Shown here in pieces: positions 52,096 to 64,000 of a stretch of 64,000 nucleotides of DNA. The DNA comes from Eledone cirrhosa (lineage: Eukaryota), in NCBI GenBank assembly GCA_964016885.1, contig OZ024741.1, positions 366,296,001 to 366,360,000 on the forward strand, given 5' to 3'. The notes below the pieces were generated by a model. The model did no database searches, was not told the origin of the DNA, and saw only the letters and a program-made list of their open reading frames with translations. The translations under genes were made by a program, and so were the position numbers. Every line of letters starts with the position of its first letter. Within the stretch, counting starts at the first letter, position 1.

Positions 52096-52284
52096 ATTGT
52101 TTCTACTTTTGGCACAAGGCCAGCAATTATCCCAATGCATTACTGGTACATTATTTTATCGACCCCGTAGGGATGAAAGGCAAAGCTAACCTCGGTGGAA
52201 TTTGAACTGAGACCGTAAAGGGTCGTAACTCTATGCTGCAAAGCATAGCGTCCGACCCTCTACAGATGCTGCCAACCCACCGCC
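52096..52284 (-). mobile_element. SINE family A
   Basis: Full-length; TSD-like aaacaatRYtaatatt. Confidence 0.85.
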
Positions 52285-54769
52285 AAACAATATTAATATT
52301 AAACACAACAATTAAACGAGTCGATTGTCAAATCGGATCAAGGAAACTTTATGACCATTGGTCTTTGTTTTGTTGATACTATCTGCCGGTAACAAATCCT
52401 TGAGGAGACAGGAATTGAATTATGTACACGCAGAACCGAATCAAGTACTGCAACGCATTCAATCCGATTCTTTAACAATTCTGTCAACCCACCGCTGCCC
52501 CTAGTCTGGTAATTTGTTTATCCGAAAGGATGAAAGGCAAACTTGGCCACATCGTGATTGGAACTCGGAGCGAAACAAATACCGAGATATTTAAACCGAC
52601 GCTCTAACCACTCTTCCAACTCACCACCTATTAACTTTTCCCAAGTTGTTCACATTTAGATATCTACCATGTGGTCCATGAAAAGGCTATGAATGCTGCC
52701 CTCACTCTCTTCTATCAAGATATTGCAAGAATGTCTTACGTATATATTAGTAATCTAATTTCATATGAATTATGCGTATTTACTTTATATAACCTTTATC
52801 TGAGATGTTTTCTGTAAATGAGGACTCCTTATCATTGTGTCTTATCACCATTGCTCACAGCTATATCTTCGTCTAGACAGATTCACCTGGTAATCAATTC
52901 TTGTCATTATTTATTCGTCGAGAGAATTATGTATCTGGTGAGAGAAAACATATGTGAACAGACTTCAAATTATGATTGATAGAATCCAAAGATTTTATAG
53001 TTTCTCAGTTAGAATTCGACAACTCACTGTGTATACATCTACACACAACATATCATTTATCTTACAAAGTAAATAGTAATCAATTGTCGATATACACACA
53101 TTGTCAATACATATGTTAAATGGGCAAAATCTATTCATCAAAATATATTGATATACGCAAACAAGTTGTAAATCAATAATAATAAAATATTTATATATAT
53201 ATATATACATATATACACACACAAACATTGGTGTTTGACACAAGAAATAAAAAGAAATAAACATAACCACAAAGCGTATCATATTGGTTGTAAAGTCCTG
53301 ATTCCAGTGATCAATTGACAAATTATTTGTTTGTTCATAGACACAAGTAAGTTCGTGTCCTTGTGTAGCTAAAACACTTGCTAATGGTCTGTAGGTTATG
53401 GAAAATAGAGATGGCAATCTTTACTCTACTTTTTCTCTCTACAGAGATAAATAGATCTACTTCAAACGCCATTTGAGGTGATCATGCATTTACATACAAA
53501 CTTGTCACTTTGAACATTCACAAATATATTTCCAATGTAGTAAACGTACCACTTAAAGAAGAAGAGTTCTTCGTAAGTTTCTGTTTGATGTATGTTTATA
53601 CAAAAAGTTCAGTAACAAATAACACACATAAGTACATATGCATAGGTTTATAGGAAAAACAGATAGATAAGTGTATGTCTGTATAAATGTCAATACATAC
53701 AAACTACAAAAACAAAGCAGCTGAAAAACGACAAGTGATATTCTGTGGGCGTATCAAAAAAAGAATCGTGAAAATAACTCACAAAATAATATAAGTTCCT
53801 GAGCTTTGAGATGAGTTCAAACGTTGCAAAGTGGAGTGATGCCTGAAACAGAACTTACCTCTCAATCTAATCTTAATTTACAAACTTCATTATACCCAGA
53901 GCGGTGTCCCGGCGTGGCTGAAGTCTAATGACTGGAACCAATAAAAGAATAAAAGTATACATATAAACTTATAGGTTTATATGCATAGACACGGAATAAA
54001 TACTTGATCGTTTGTCAGATCTTTTTATAACTAAACACATTTAAATAGAGTAAAATCGTCGAAATTGAATTGTTTGTATTTTCTACATAACGTTTCGCTA
54101 CGAATGTCATCTATCAAGGAATGGACAGTTATAACTAATTCAATGATGGAAGTAAAAAAAAAAAAACTGTTGCCTTCATCCTTCTCTCAATGTTTATATG
54201 GAACGTAAAAAGGCCGTATTAGATGTGTGAGGAGACGTTACAAAACGTAGTTGGAAACTAACTCACTGCAAACATAAATCGTTTCTATATATGTTGTACG
54301 TGAGTGTATAAATATAAATATGTGTGTGTACAGAGAGCGAGATGTAATAATTCTACGTAAATCATGCTATATATTATGAGAACAATAAAGATGGTTATTG
54401 AATCCCCTTGCGATTCTACTAGTACTACTATAAAATCTCTTGTGAACTAATACTATTTCTCTGATACCGATATTTCCTGGAGCATTTTGTATTTCGAAGA
54501 ATTGACTGTTTGTGTTTACTACGAAACTCCAAGGGACTTAGTTCGTTGCAGCTTAGTTATTTTATATGTGAATCCGGTTAAAGTCCGTTTCCCAGAAATG
54601 TATTTAAGTTATTTCTGAGTGTACTATCTACGATGGCATCTTATTTCAGTGATAGCAAAACTTTCAAAGTCACAGCTCATTCGAATATTCCTTTACTCCA
54701 TTTATTCTAAATATGAATAAAAATAAATATATTTTTAAATAGAAAATAATATGACCCTACTGCACATAG

Positions 54770-55400
54770 TGATCTTGAGAGGGAGACTTTATTTCACACC
54801 GTTCCAGTCCACTCAGCGGGAGATGTGGAAATCTAAGTTGCACCTGTGATTCAAGGGACCAGCCTCTTTGTCACTCGCTGTCTTGCCGAATCTCTCTGAG
54901 AACAAGGTTAAGGGCATACGTGTCTGTGGAACGATCAACTACTTGCACATTAATTTCACGAGCAAAGTCGTGCGTTTGATTACAGGTGACGCGTTGTGTC
55001 CTTGAGCAACACATAGTAAAAACTGAATTGTATCATGAATCAAGTGGCTGAGCTTATCTCATACTGTGTGTTCGCCATGCTGAATCTCCTTGAGAAATAC
55101 TTTAATGATACGCTTGTCAGTGAAACACTCAACTACATGCATATTAATTACAGGAGCAAGATCATGAGTTCAATTCCCAGTTGAGAGTTTATTTCGCATT
55201 ACGCCAATTCAGTGAGCTGGCAAAAAATAAGTGTTCCACCTGTGATTCAAATGGCCAACAATGTTGTCACACAGTGTGTCAAACTGAATCTCCCTGGAAA
55301 CTACGCCACGAGTACATGTGACTATGGAACACTCTGCCACTTCTTTGCTGATCTAACAATTAGAATAATCTTCATAGAAACTGACGGAGATCCAACAACA
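54770..55400 (+). mobile_element. Three degenerate SINE family C bodies in tandem
   Basis: Repeated GAATCTC..GAGAA.TAC..ACG..TGTC.GTG.AAC.CTC..C.AC segments. Confidence 0.5.
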
Positions 55401-55559
55401 AACTATAACTACCAACAGATTAGAAACAAATGAAGGATCCTAACTTGAAAGTTGGAATTTTTCCTAACAGTTTAGTAGTAAGTAACTCTAAAGAGAGCTG
55501 AACAGCAAAGGTTCTTCAGAGGAAAGGTTACCCTACTCCATCTTCAGGCAAGTGTTTTG

Positions 55560-55860
55560 AGCCTTTCTTCTGACGCCTTTCTACCACTTGGATATCGTAG
55601 ATTTGTTGTATGTAAGGCACATACGGCGTATGGAGATCGTGTCTATTCTTCCTCAAGCAAATTTAGCTAGGATTATTCTCTCTTGCCTCTGCTATTATCT
55701 TTATGGCTTTGGTCCTCTTCTCAGAAGTTAAGAGCTTTTTCATAAAATTTTAGGCTAATAAACTCTTAGCCGCCATCCTCTCCGGCGAGAAATTTGTTCT
55801 GGAAACCGGATTTCCTCAGGCTGCTGGTTAAACTAACATTTTCCTCGGTCTTGTTACCCA
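55560..55860 (-). pseudogene. Possible 3' remnant of an RLE-type (HERO/NeSL-like) LINE
   Basis: Fragments resembling RG..AKSL and KRTKAIKIIAEARENNPS*ICLRK; heavily decayed. Confidence 0.4.
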
Positions 55861-56519
55861 ATGAAATAAATTCCTTACACATCAATTTACACGACAAACA
55901 ACAAATATGTTAAAAATTTTACAAATTCATCTCACCTAGAAACTGCTTACTTCCTTTCTGCCTGAAGTTGCTATGTGTTATTTGAAAGCTCAAGCTCTTA
56001 AGGATGCATTAATCATAATGAATAGCTATTTTGATAGATTATAAATATATCAGATAAGCACAGTTATTTCCTCTCTTTGTCCCTGTGTATCTGTCAATCT
56101 CAATCTCATCATATAAAACATGACACAAAATGAAAATGAAAATGAAAAAGGAAAAAATGGCAAAACACAGCAAAAAGCAATGATTGGAAAAAATGTATGT
56201 ATTCTGCTCAAACATGAAAAGCAAAATTCCTTTTGGTTGGACGTTATTTATACGAGATGAAAATTTTAGCGATCAAACATAAAACACCTCTTTCCAACTA
56301 CATACTGTATTTCTTCCTTAATCTCGAGTTTAAGGCCATTTACCAATATTTACTATCTTAAGAAGCTGACGTTGATCTCATTGAAAGTAAAAACAATGAT
56401 AAAAAAGAAGAGAAAACGGCAGAAGGTATATATTTAGAGTTAAAGGAAAGCAAGGAAACAGGCAATGGAAGAATACATCATAATATAAATACAAGGCAAC
56501 ACAATATTCGTAATAATAA

Positions 56520-57017
56520 TGGTTTCTGATTTAAGCACATGGCCAAAAGTTTTGGGAGTGAAAAGTCGATTAACTCGATCCCAGTGCGTTACTGGTGCTT
56601 TATAATAATAATATTAATAATTGTTTCTACTTTTGGCACAAGGCCATCAATTATCCCAGTGCATTACTGGTGCAATATTTTATCGACCCCAACGGATGAA
56701 AGGCATAGTTAACCTCGGCGGGATTTGAACTCAGACCATAAAGGGCCGTAACTCTATGCTGCAAAGCATAGCGTCCGACGCTCTACCGATACTGCCAATC
56801 CAAATAATAATAGTTTCTACGTTAGGCACAAGGCCAGCAATTTTGGGGGAGAGGAAAGTTGATTAAATCGACCCCAGTATGTTACTGGTACTTTATTTTA
56901 TCGACCCCGTAAAGATGAAAAGCAAAGCTAATCTCGGCGGGATTTGAACTCGGAACGTAAAGGGATGCTGCGAAGCATGGGGTCCGACGTTCTATTGACG
57001 CTGCCGATCCACCACCC
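56520..57017 (-). mobile_element. Tandem SINE family A copies (56520-56600 partial, 56620-56802, 56810-57017)
   Basis: Core, tail and B-box matches separated by short (AAT)n. Confidence 0.85.
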
Positions 57018-57069
57018 TAATATCAATAATAAGTAGAAGAAAAGCAATAATAAAAACAAAAATGATAAT

Positions 57070-57640
57070 GATTTCTTTATTCAATACAAAAGGTTTACAT
57101 TAAGAAAGCAGGACGACACAGGACGAAAAGATAGATTGTGTATATGTGTGTGGGGGTGCGTGTAAACAAGGTCAACAATCGTAAAAAGAAAGGTAACAAT
57201 AGACATTTCAATAATGAGAATTCCTCAATAGGGAGGAGACGATTGAGGGCTACACCAATGTTAAGGTGCACACTCTGAGCAGTCCTATTCACTCGTGTCA
57301 TGCTCACTTACCTCACTCACCTTTCAACAAACTGACTAAATGTCAACATTTCCCTCACTACTTTGATCTGCCTCTTCAAGTGTAACCTGAAAAACTTAAT
57401 TGTCTTCGATCATTTCAGACGTGTCCACCATACAACCTCCTTTGTCATGGTCACCAGACAGACAAAAACAGCCTGCTCTTTCTGTCTAAAGGAAGGCGGC
57501 GGGGTGATCTTCACAGTTCTGAGTGAGAGTGGCGACCCTGTTCGTCACCTCCTCCCAGATTTTTGTCGATCTGGATTTTTTCAATTTTATCAGTTTGGCT
57601 GCTTGGGTCAAACATCTCCTTTCAGCGAGGTTCATAACGA
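57070..57640 (-). pseudogene. Old internally deleted Tx1-like LINE related to 23807-25377
   Basis: KIWEEVTNRVATLTQ joined to FRQKEQAVFVCLVTMTKEVVWWTRLK*...FFRLHL...MTRVN; 3' end AATAAAGAAATC. Confidence 0.8.
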
Positions 57641-58811
57641 ACAGTTCCGTATGTTTGGCAACAATAGGAGAAGGTATTAGTAGTGGGGGAGATGGTAAAA
57701 TCCTGTAGATAATGAACACAACTACAAGGATATGGTCCGAACGTGGAAGAGCCGAACTCCCACTGTCATCGCCCCCATCTCTGTTGCCCTCCCCATCTCT
57801 CTGTATGGTGAGCAAATGGGGTCCCACGTGCTGGCCTCCCCACAGCCCCAGCGGAAAGACTGGAGAAGGCGTTTCCCCGGAGGATGGTAAAGGAGAGGTG
57901 TTGCTGCAAATGTATAGTTGTTGTTATTCTTGTTGTTTTTCATGTTATCATTTATGTTGTCGCTTGTATTAGTGTTATATTTATTTTGTTTCCATTGTTG
58001 TTGTTGTTGTTGTTGTGGTGGTGGTGGTGGTGGTGGTCGTCGTCGTCATCGTCGTCGTCGTCGTCGTCGTGTTACTGGCATTTCTTTTGTCTTTCCTTAC
58101 TTTCGTTGCGATGAGGTCGGCGGCATTCTCAGTAGTAGACATTGGTAGATGTGGCAAATCTATTTCATTTGCAGCTGATACACGAGATTAAGTTTTGGTT
58201 ACTGTTGTTATTGTTACCGTTACTACTGGTGCTATTGTTTCTGTTGTTGCTGATGCTGCTGTCACTGTTTTGTGAATTTTGGTTGTTCCACTCTGTGGAT
58301 AGCCGACCATTTCGTTTAGAGGACACAAAATGTTTGCCCGCCATTTTATTTTTAGCAGAATATTGAGGAACGTGCTTGATAAACGAACAAAGGTTTAGTC
58401 CATAATAGCTGCCGGTAGAGAAAAACTAACAAGCTCACGAAAATACTGGTTAGTGTAACTACAGAACAATAGCAAAGTTAAATACAATAGGTTGATTATA
58501 TATGAAAATAGAACAAACTTACAAGAGCGATGTGAACCACGTCTGGAAAGATTCGATAACAAGATGAAAAAAGAAATAATATACTGAAGAGATTGATGAT
58601 AACAATAATAGAAAAAGAAAAGGGGATATAGTAGTAGCGATGGTTATGATGGTAGTAATGATGACACGATGGAGATGATTAGGATCAAGGTTGTATTCAT
58701 GATCATTGTCATGAATACGATGATGATCATCGTATTCATTATCTAAGAAATACCAATGTTATTGCTGGTAGCTCCTTTTAAAAAGATAAAGAGAAGTGAG
58801 AGATCTTGTCA

Positions 58812-58873
<62 letters not shown>

Positions 58874-59417
58874 TAAGAGTGAATAACCAATTTAGACTTA
58901 CAACATAAAGATACTGAGCATCATTGAGCTTCTATAATCTTTACCAGGTTATATATTGGCAAACTTCAATATAACTTTATATATATAAATATTCCACTTG
59001 TAATTTCCACACGTGGTTTAACTTACCACCGTGTCATTCACTTATTTGGTACAGAGCGAAATACCTGTTGATAACGTGATATTCCTTGTTCGATCGTTAT
59101 ACACAAACCTTATATTTTTAAGCAGACTGTATTTTGATTTAGGTGTCACAGAAACTCTACATCGGATTTTAACATCAATTCCGGGAGTCCAGGTCTGGTT
59201 ATCACTTATTTTTTATCATTTATTTTGTTTTGACCTGTTTAGCTTGATTTGGTTTTGGGCTTGGGTGGTTAATGCTTTCTTGACCACCTTTTCAGTTGTG
59301 TATGGCTTCTTAACACATTGTTTAGCTCTGGTTTTTAACTGCCAGTATCATTTCTGATTTTTGCGTTTCGCTTCGCTTTTCCTGCCCGCCGGAAATGCGA
59401 TTCTCGCTGAATCTTTA

Positions 59418-59461
<44 letters not shown>

Positions 59462-61140
59462 CATACATACATACATACGACGAGCTTCCACACAATTTTC
59501 GTCTATCAAATTTCATACATAAAACCTTTGTAATACCGAGGCTATAATAGAAAGTGCTTGTCCGGGGTGCCACACAATAGAACTGAACCTGATACCACCA
59601 GCTAGCAAAGCAAACTCCTTATCTGCATCTATCAAGAAAAGTATTGTTTTTTTCTATCAGTGTTCTGGACCATATCTTCAGCTCTTAACAATAAAGAGTG
59701 TTATCTGCATGTTGTAAATGAGAATATTTTCCACAAGGAAATCTAATTTCAATTAGTTGTTGATAAGTTCGTTATGAAGGTGAAGTCGCTTCAACTGTGA
59801 AGAAAAAGTTAACACAATATTAAATCATAAAACAAGTCATAGAATAAAGGATTTCAATTTTTTAAAGCAATTTTTTCTTTAAAATGGATGCATTAAAAAA
59901 TACTTTGCGTATTTTTTGTTTGTTTGGTTCTTCTTTTAAAAATATGATAGAAAGATTGTAAAACAAAATGCCAGAAAATAGGCTTTTTGAATCTCCAACA
60001 GAGAAATATCGACTTAAAATTAACGAGTTGAGAGAACAGCCATCGTCGTCTTTATTGCATTGTTTCTGGATTTAAAAGAATCACTTGGAGACAAAATGAT
60101 ATAGTTACTGACAGTAAAGATTGTAAGAATAAATATTAATAACCGCAAAGTAATTATTTGAATGCGATGCTTGAGCAGTTATATTGATAATTATTGCTCT
60201 AGAAACTCATAGATGAAATTTAATCATTTTTAATTTAAAATTTAAAAACTAATATAACAAGCATGTATGCGTAGTTAAGTTCTTGGAAAAGCATCTCGTG
60301 TTCAGACCTCAATGGGATTTTCTATGTTTCTGGGTTAATCTAGAATACACTGCCTATCACAAAACACTACAAACACGTACAGTAGCACTCACAATTCTTC
60401 TGGTTTTCGTAGAGAATGACTCACTGGTCTAACACCGTGTCGAGATGAATTAGAGTCACACTCCATTTAACGGCCATCTTGTTTAATATAAATTCTTTGT
60501 GTATCTATATTTATTTATGTTCTTCTTTAATTCATTTTATGTATTTTTTTATGGTTCGCATAGTCTTTTCTTCATCCAGTTAACCCTTTTTTATGATTCA
60601 AAATATTTTATGTTATGCTTGCAAAATAATACAAATATTATAGTTACTAAGATAGAGTTTCCATTACACTTTTACAAATTTCATTATTTCAATAATTCAT
60701 TTAATATAAAAATGATACTTGGTAAATTTCCCTGGACTCTGTCACCCAATGTGTAACATTAAGATAATATCTAAATACATTTTATGACCAGTTCACTGGT
60801 TGCTAAATGAAGCGTGTCAGTATTTTGTTCACAAGATACAGAACATTAAACATCTATTCACACATAGCATGTTTACTGATTTCCTTCTTTGCCCTAAGTT
60901 TCTTTACCCATCTTTGTTATATCTGCCTGAATCACTCTCAGAGAAAACAATTTTTTTACAGCCAACAAATGAGGTTAGTCTGTACGTTGTTGGTTTGATT
61001 GTGTATACGGAGGAATATTAATATAGCCACTCTATTATATATATATATATGTGTGTGTCTGTACAAATATATGTATAGGTATATATATATATATATATAT
61101 ATAGAAAGATTTGAATGGATACAGTTTAGTTGAAAGGAAT

Positions 61141-61257
61141 TTATTGACACGTGTTTCTATAACAGTTACATAACCTAAAACAGCTATCTACAAACTTTTA
61201 GTTATGCAGACATTCAATATTTCAATGTTATTGTTTACTGTCATTTCATCAGAATAA
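61141..61257 (-). ncRNA. Hammerhead ribozyme with 88-nt stem II
   Basis: TTATT-CTGATGA-a-ATGACAGT...ACTGTTAT-a-GAAA-CACGTG-TC-AATAA; GUC cleavage triplet. Confidence 0.82.
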
Positions 61258-61847
61258 TATTACTGAGGACCTATTTAGTTTTTATAGAGAATATTAGGAG
61301 GAAGGGGTGAAGTTGTTAGAAGAATAGTTGAAGGAGTGGTTTTTCGATAGCAGTGAGAATTCTTGGTGGCAGTGATTAATTAGATTCCCATCTGTTGTTT
61401 TGACATTTTTTATAGAATATATTATTGGTTATTTTTCTAAATCTATAGAAGGATTAGAGATAGTAAAGATATGCGTGGTTGGTTTTGTGTTTGCACTTAA
61501 CATTCAGACTTAAATTTTTCTTTCAAGTGTACGTATTCTTTCACCCACGCATTCACACACAAATATATTTGCACACCTCTACAAAATACATATACTCACA
61601 ATTCACATATTCATACTTACATATATATACACATGCATACACATATATATACACACATGTATTCATGTACATACATACGCGCTCATGTGTATACATTTTC
61701 ATACTCAACTTATCTTTATATATACACACGTATAGACACACACATATATACATACATACTCTAGTCCATGTGTACACACATACACATACATACACATCCA
61801 TATACACATACATACATACACACATATATATACATACATACATATAC

Positions 61848-61892
<45 letters not shown>

Positions 61893-61893
61893 C

Positions 61894-61942
<49 letters not shown>

Positions 61943-62211
61943 AGCACTTTAATACATGAATACACTTACATCTAACTATACACATCAAACATATATATAT
62001 ATTTACTTATTTATATACATTTTCACATATATATACATACTTATGGACGTTTTTAGACACATTCATTATCGCATATTTGTACCTATTCTCATCAGCATAT
62101 CTTTTCATTATTAGTATGGTAATTTAAGGTTATTAATATATGTTGAAAAGAGATTGTTTTTATATTTTTCTAACTAGATTAAGGTTTATATAGTTGGGGG
62201 ATGTCCCTCTT

Positions 62212-63999
62212 TTATGTAATATTCGGCTTGTAGTGGGAAAAAAGGGTTTTAGTTCTGTGACGGCAGAATAATGTTCGTTCAATTCTGTTATTCAGCAGTT
62301 TCTTCTTGTGTGTGATTATGTAATAAATCTCAAGATTACACAATTTGCAGAAATTTTGGCTCCTGGAAAAGCTTTGGGTTTTAGCTAATTTTTCCCATTT
62401 TAGGGTAAACTTTTGATTGCTATCCCTGAGCGTCCAAGCTTTCTCTGCTAAAGTTGTTACATTTCTTTGGCTCTGGTGTTTTATTGAGTAAGAATGCCTA
62501 TACAATCGAGATTTAAACGATGTTGCCGTTGATCCCACGTAATACCACTCGTTGCCTCCGGATTTAATGGTACACTTATAAATAATATTTTTTTCCAGGC
62601 AGTTATTGCCGAGGGGGCAGTTGTCAGGATAGGTGCAGTTACAGTTGTGTACGTTGGATTTTCTCTGGAGTAGTATTGCGGACGAACTTAGGTGTGGTTT
62701 ATTTATGTTCTGTAGTGTATTGTCTACTGTTTTTTTGGGGTTCTTTGTACTTAAGTTCTTAGTGTTTTCGTTTAACCTTCTAGTATTGATCTTTTTTATG
62801 TGTTGTTCAAGGTTTAACGCTGTAGAGTATGACAGTCTTATAGTGGTAGGGTTTAGGATTTTGTGGTATTTGTGTGATGTGGGAAAATGTCTTTTAATTA
62901 TTTTAAAGAAGAGTACTGGTAAATTTGTACTAATGGAGCTATTGTATTCGGGGTTATACCATAAGTACTCTTTGCATCGCTTTCTATTAGTTTTGTTTGT
63001 TGGTTTACTGGTGTGCATACTATGGTAGTAAGTGTGGTTTGGTGTTGTGTTATTATATCTACCTATGTGGGATTTATTTTGGGTGTTTTGATTGTTCCCA
63101 TCTATGTACTCTATTTTGTTGAGGTAGCCTGCTTTACTAAGGGCGTTATCGTAGTACTCGGCGTGTTCCTTAAATACTTGTATGTTAGAAGATAGACCCG
63201 AGATTCTAAGGGAAATATTTTTAGGGATAGATTTAATTATAGAGATGGGGTGGTTAGACCCAACATTTACGTATTTGAGATTTTCATTCAATTTATGAAA
63301 CGGTTTAATCAAACCAGAGTTTAAATTGAGTGTGACATCCAGGAAGTTAACTACTTTAAGGTTGTATTCATATGTTATAGTTAGTCCTATTTCGAGTAGT
63401 AGTTTTCTTATATCTTTGCGTAGTTTTTCTAGTTTTTGGTTATTAAGGTTTTTAGCTAGGAGGAGAACATCGTCGCGGTATATTCCGCCGTGGAGATTGC
63501 TGAATTTTTCCTGGAGTCTAAAGGCGATAAATAACCCCACAATATCAGTTATTTCCGCCGAATCGTTAGAGCCCATTGTTATGTCAAAGTTAGAGGGTCT
63601 ATCTTTACGTACCCAATAACTGTTCTCAAATTTGACTATAGTTTTCCTAGCTTCTAATATAATCTTAATTTCATCGTTTGTAAGGTCGGAGTTATCCTTA
63701 GCAAACTTAATGGCTCTATTCAAAGTTTCAGGTGATATCGATGAGTAATATTCATCGATATCAAACTGGATAAACTTAGATTTATTCTTATTGCTAATGC
63801 TATTAAACCATCTTATTGCTTCTTGGGTCTTCCCCCAGAGTTTAATGTTAACCTTAGCCTTAATTTGGGGGATGATTCTATCTAAGATATATTTGCTTAT
63901 TTTACCTATATCTGATTTAGAGGGGCAGATTAATCTAATTTTAGGGTCATTATCAAAGTTTACCTTGTGGTCCTTAAGATTGAAAGTGGGTACCGCCGG
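62212..63999 (-). CDS. Naiad-clade Penelope-like RT/GIY-YIG ORF, open to the window edge
   Basis: Manual extension beyond 63723 has no stop: LKDHKVNF..PKIRLICPSKSDIGKISK..FIQFDIDEYYSSIS. Then FDITMGSNDSAE, GIYRDD, CNC-x5-CPL-x3-C, YVGSTATSFKSRL, CKLC, CRHR. Confidence 0.96.
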   Translation of the reverse strand, partial: PAVPTFNLKDHKVNFDNDPKIRLICPSKSDIGKISKYILDRIIPQIKAKVNIKLWGKTQEAIRWFNSISNKNKSKFIQFDIDEYYSSISPETLNRAIKFAKDNSDLTNDEIKIILEARKTIVKFENSYWVRKDRPSNFDITMGSNDSAEITDIVGLFIAFRLQEKFSNLHGGIYRDDVLLLAKNLNNQKLEKLRKDIRKLLLEIGLTITYEYNLKVVNFLDVTLNLNSGLIKPFHKLNENLKYVNVGSNHPISIIKSIPKNISLRISGLSSNIQVFKEHAEYYDNALSKAGYLNKIEYIDGNNQNTQNKSHIGRYNNTTPNHTYYHSMHTSKPTNKTNRKRCKEYLWYNPEYNSSISTNLPVLFFKIIKRHFPTSHKYHKILNPTTIRLSYSTALNLEQHIKKINTRRLNENTKNLSTKNPKKTVDNTLQNINKPHLSSSAILLQRKSNVHNCNCTYPDNCPLGNNCLEKNIIYKCTIKSGGNEWYYVGSTATSFKSRLYRHSYSIKHQSQRNVTTLAEKAWTLRDSNQKFTLKWEKLAKTQSFSRSQNFCKLCNLEIYYIITHKKKLLNNRIERTLFCRHRTKTLFSHYKPNIT

Positions 64000-64000
64000 T

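Larger units (their letters stand above)
61103..64000 (-). mobile_element. Young Naiad element (5' end outside window)
   Basis: ORF plus ~1.1-kb 3' UTR with hammerhead, ending at (TA)n. Confidence 0.9.

Noticed and set aside
57900-58400. Possible Tx1 5' UTR/ORF1 start (AAAATGGCGG on minus)
   Set aside because: Low complexity and a short frame; cannot be linked to the Tx1 relic without a database search.
62020-62100. Second CTGATGA in the Naiad 3' UTR
   Set aside because: No pairing stem II or III.

Overview
AT-rich animal (eukaryotic) non-genic or intronic DNA dense in microsatellites, with one 200-N assembly gap at 38063-38262. The SINE families and (TA)n/(CA)n load resemble cephalopod (Octopus-like) DNA; this is inference. 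I can support no host gene, and every credible ORF comes from a retroelement. The window holds at least five divergent Naiad-clade Penelope-like elements (PLEs; RT plus C-terminal GIY-YIG). It also holds a head-to-tail array of three R4/Dong LINEs joined by (TAA)n, one with an intact 1130-aa ORF, plus Tx1/L1, RTE/BovB and other LINE fragments, many tRNA-derived SINEs and several MITEs. The most interesting layer is non-coding RNA. By hand I fold several type-I minimal hammerhead ribozymes at PLE 3' ends. Three share a long stem II with an N.A mismatch at its base, and one is a U3-A8 core variant inside a ~565-bp retrozyme-like mini-Naiad. A recurrent CTCTACT-Nn-TATTGAGTRCT motif also lies near the ends of unrelated PLE-like remnants. 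All folding and alignment was by eye, boundaries are approximate, and novelty is untested.
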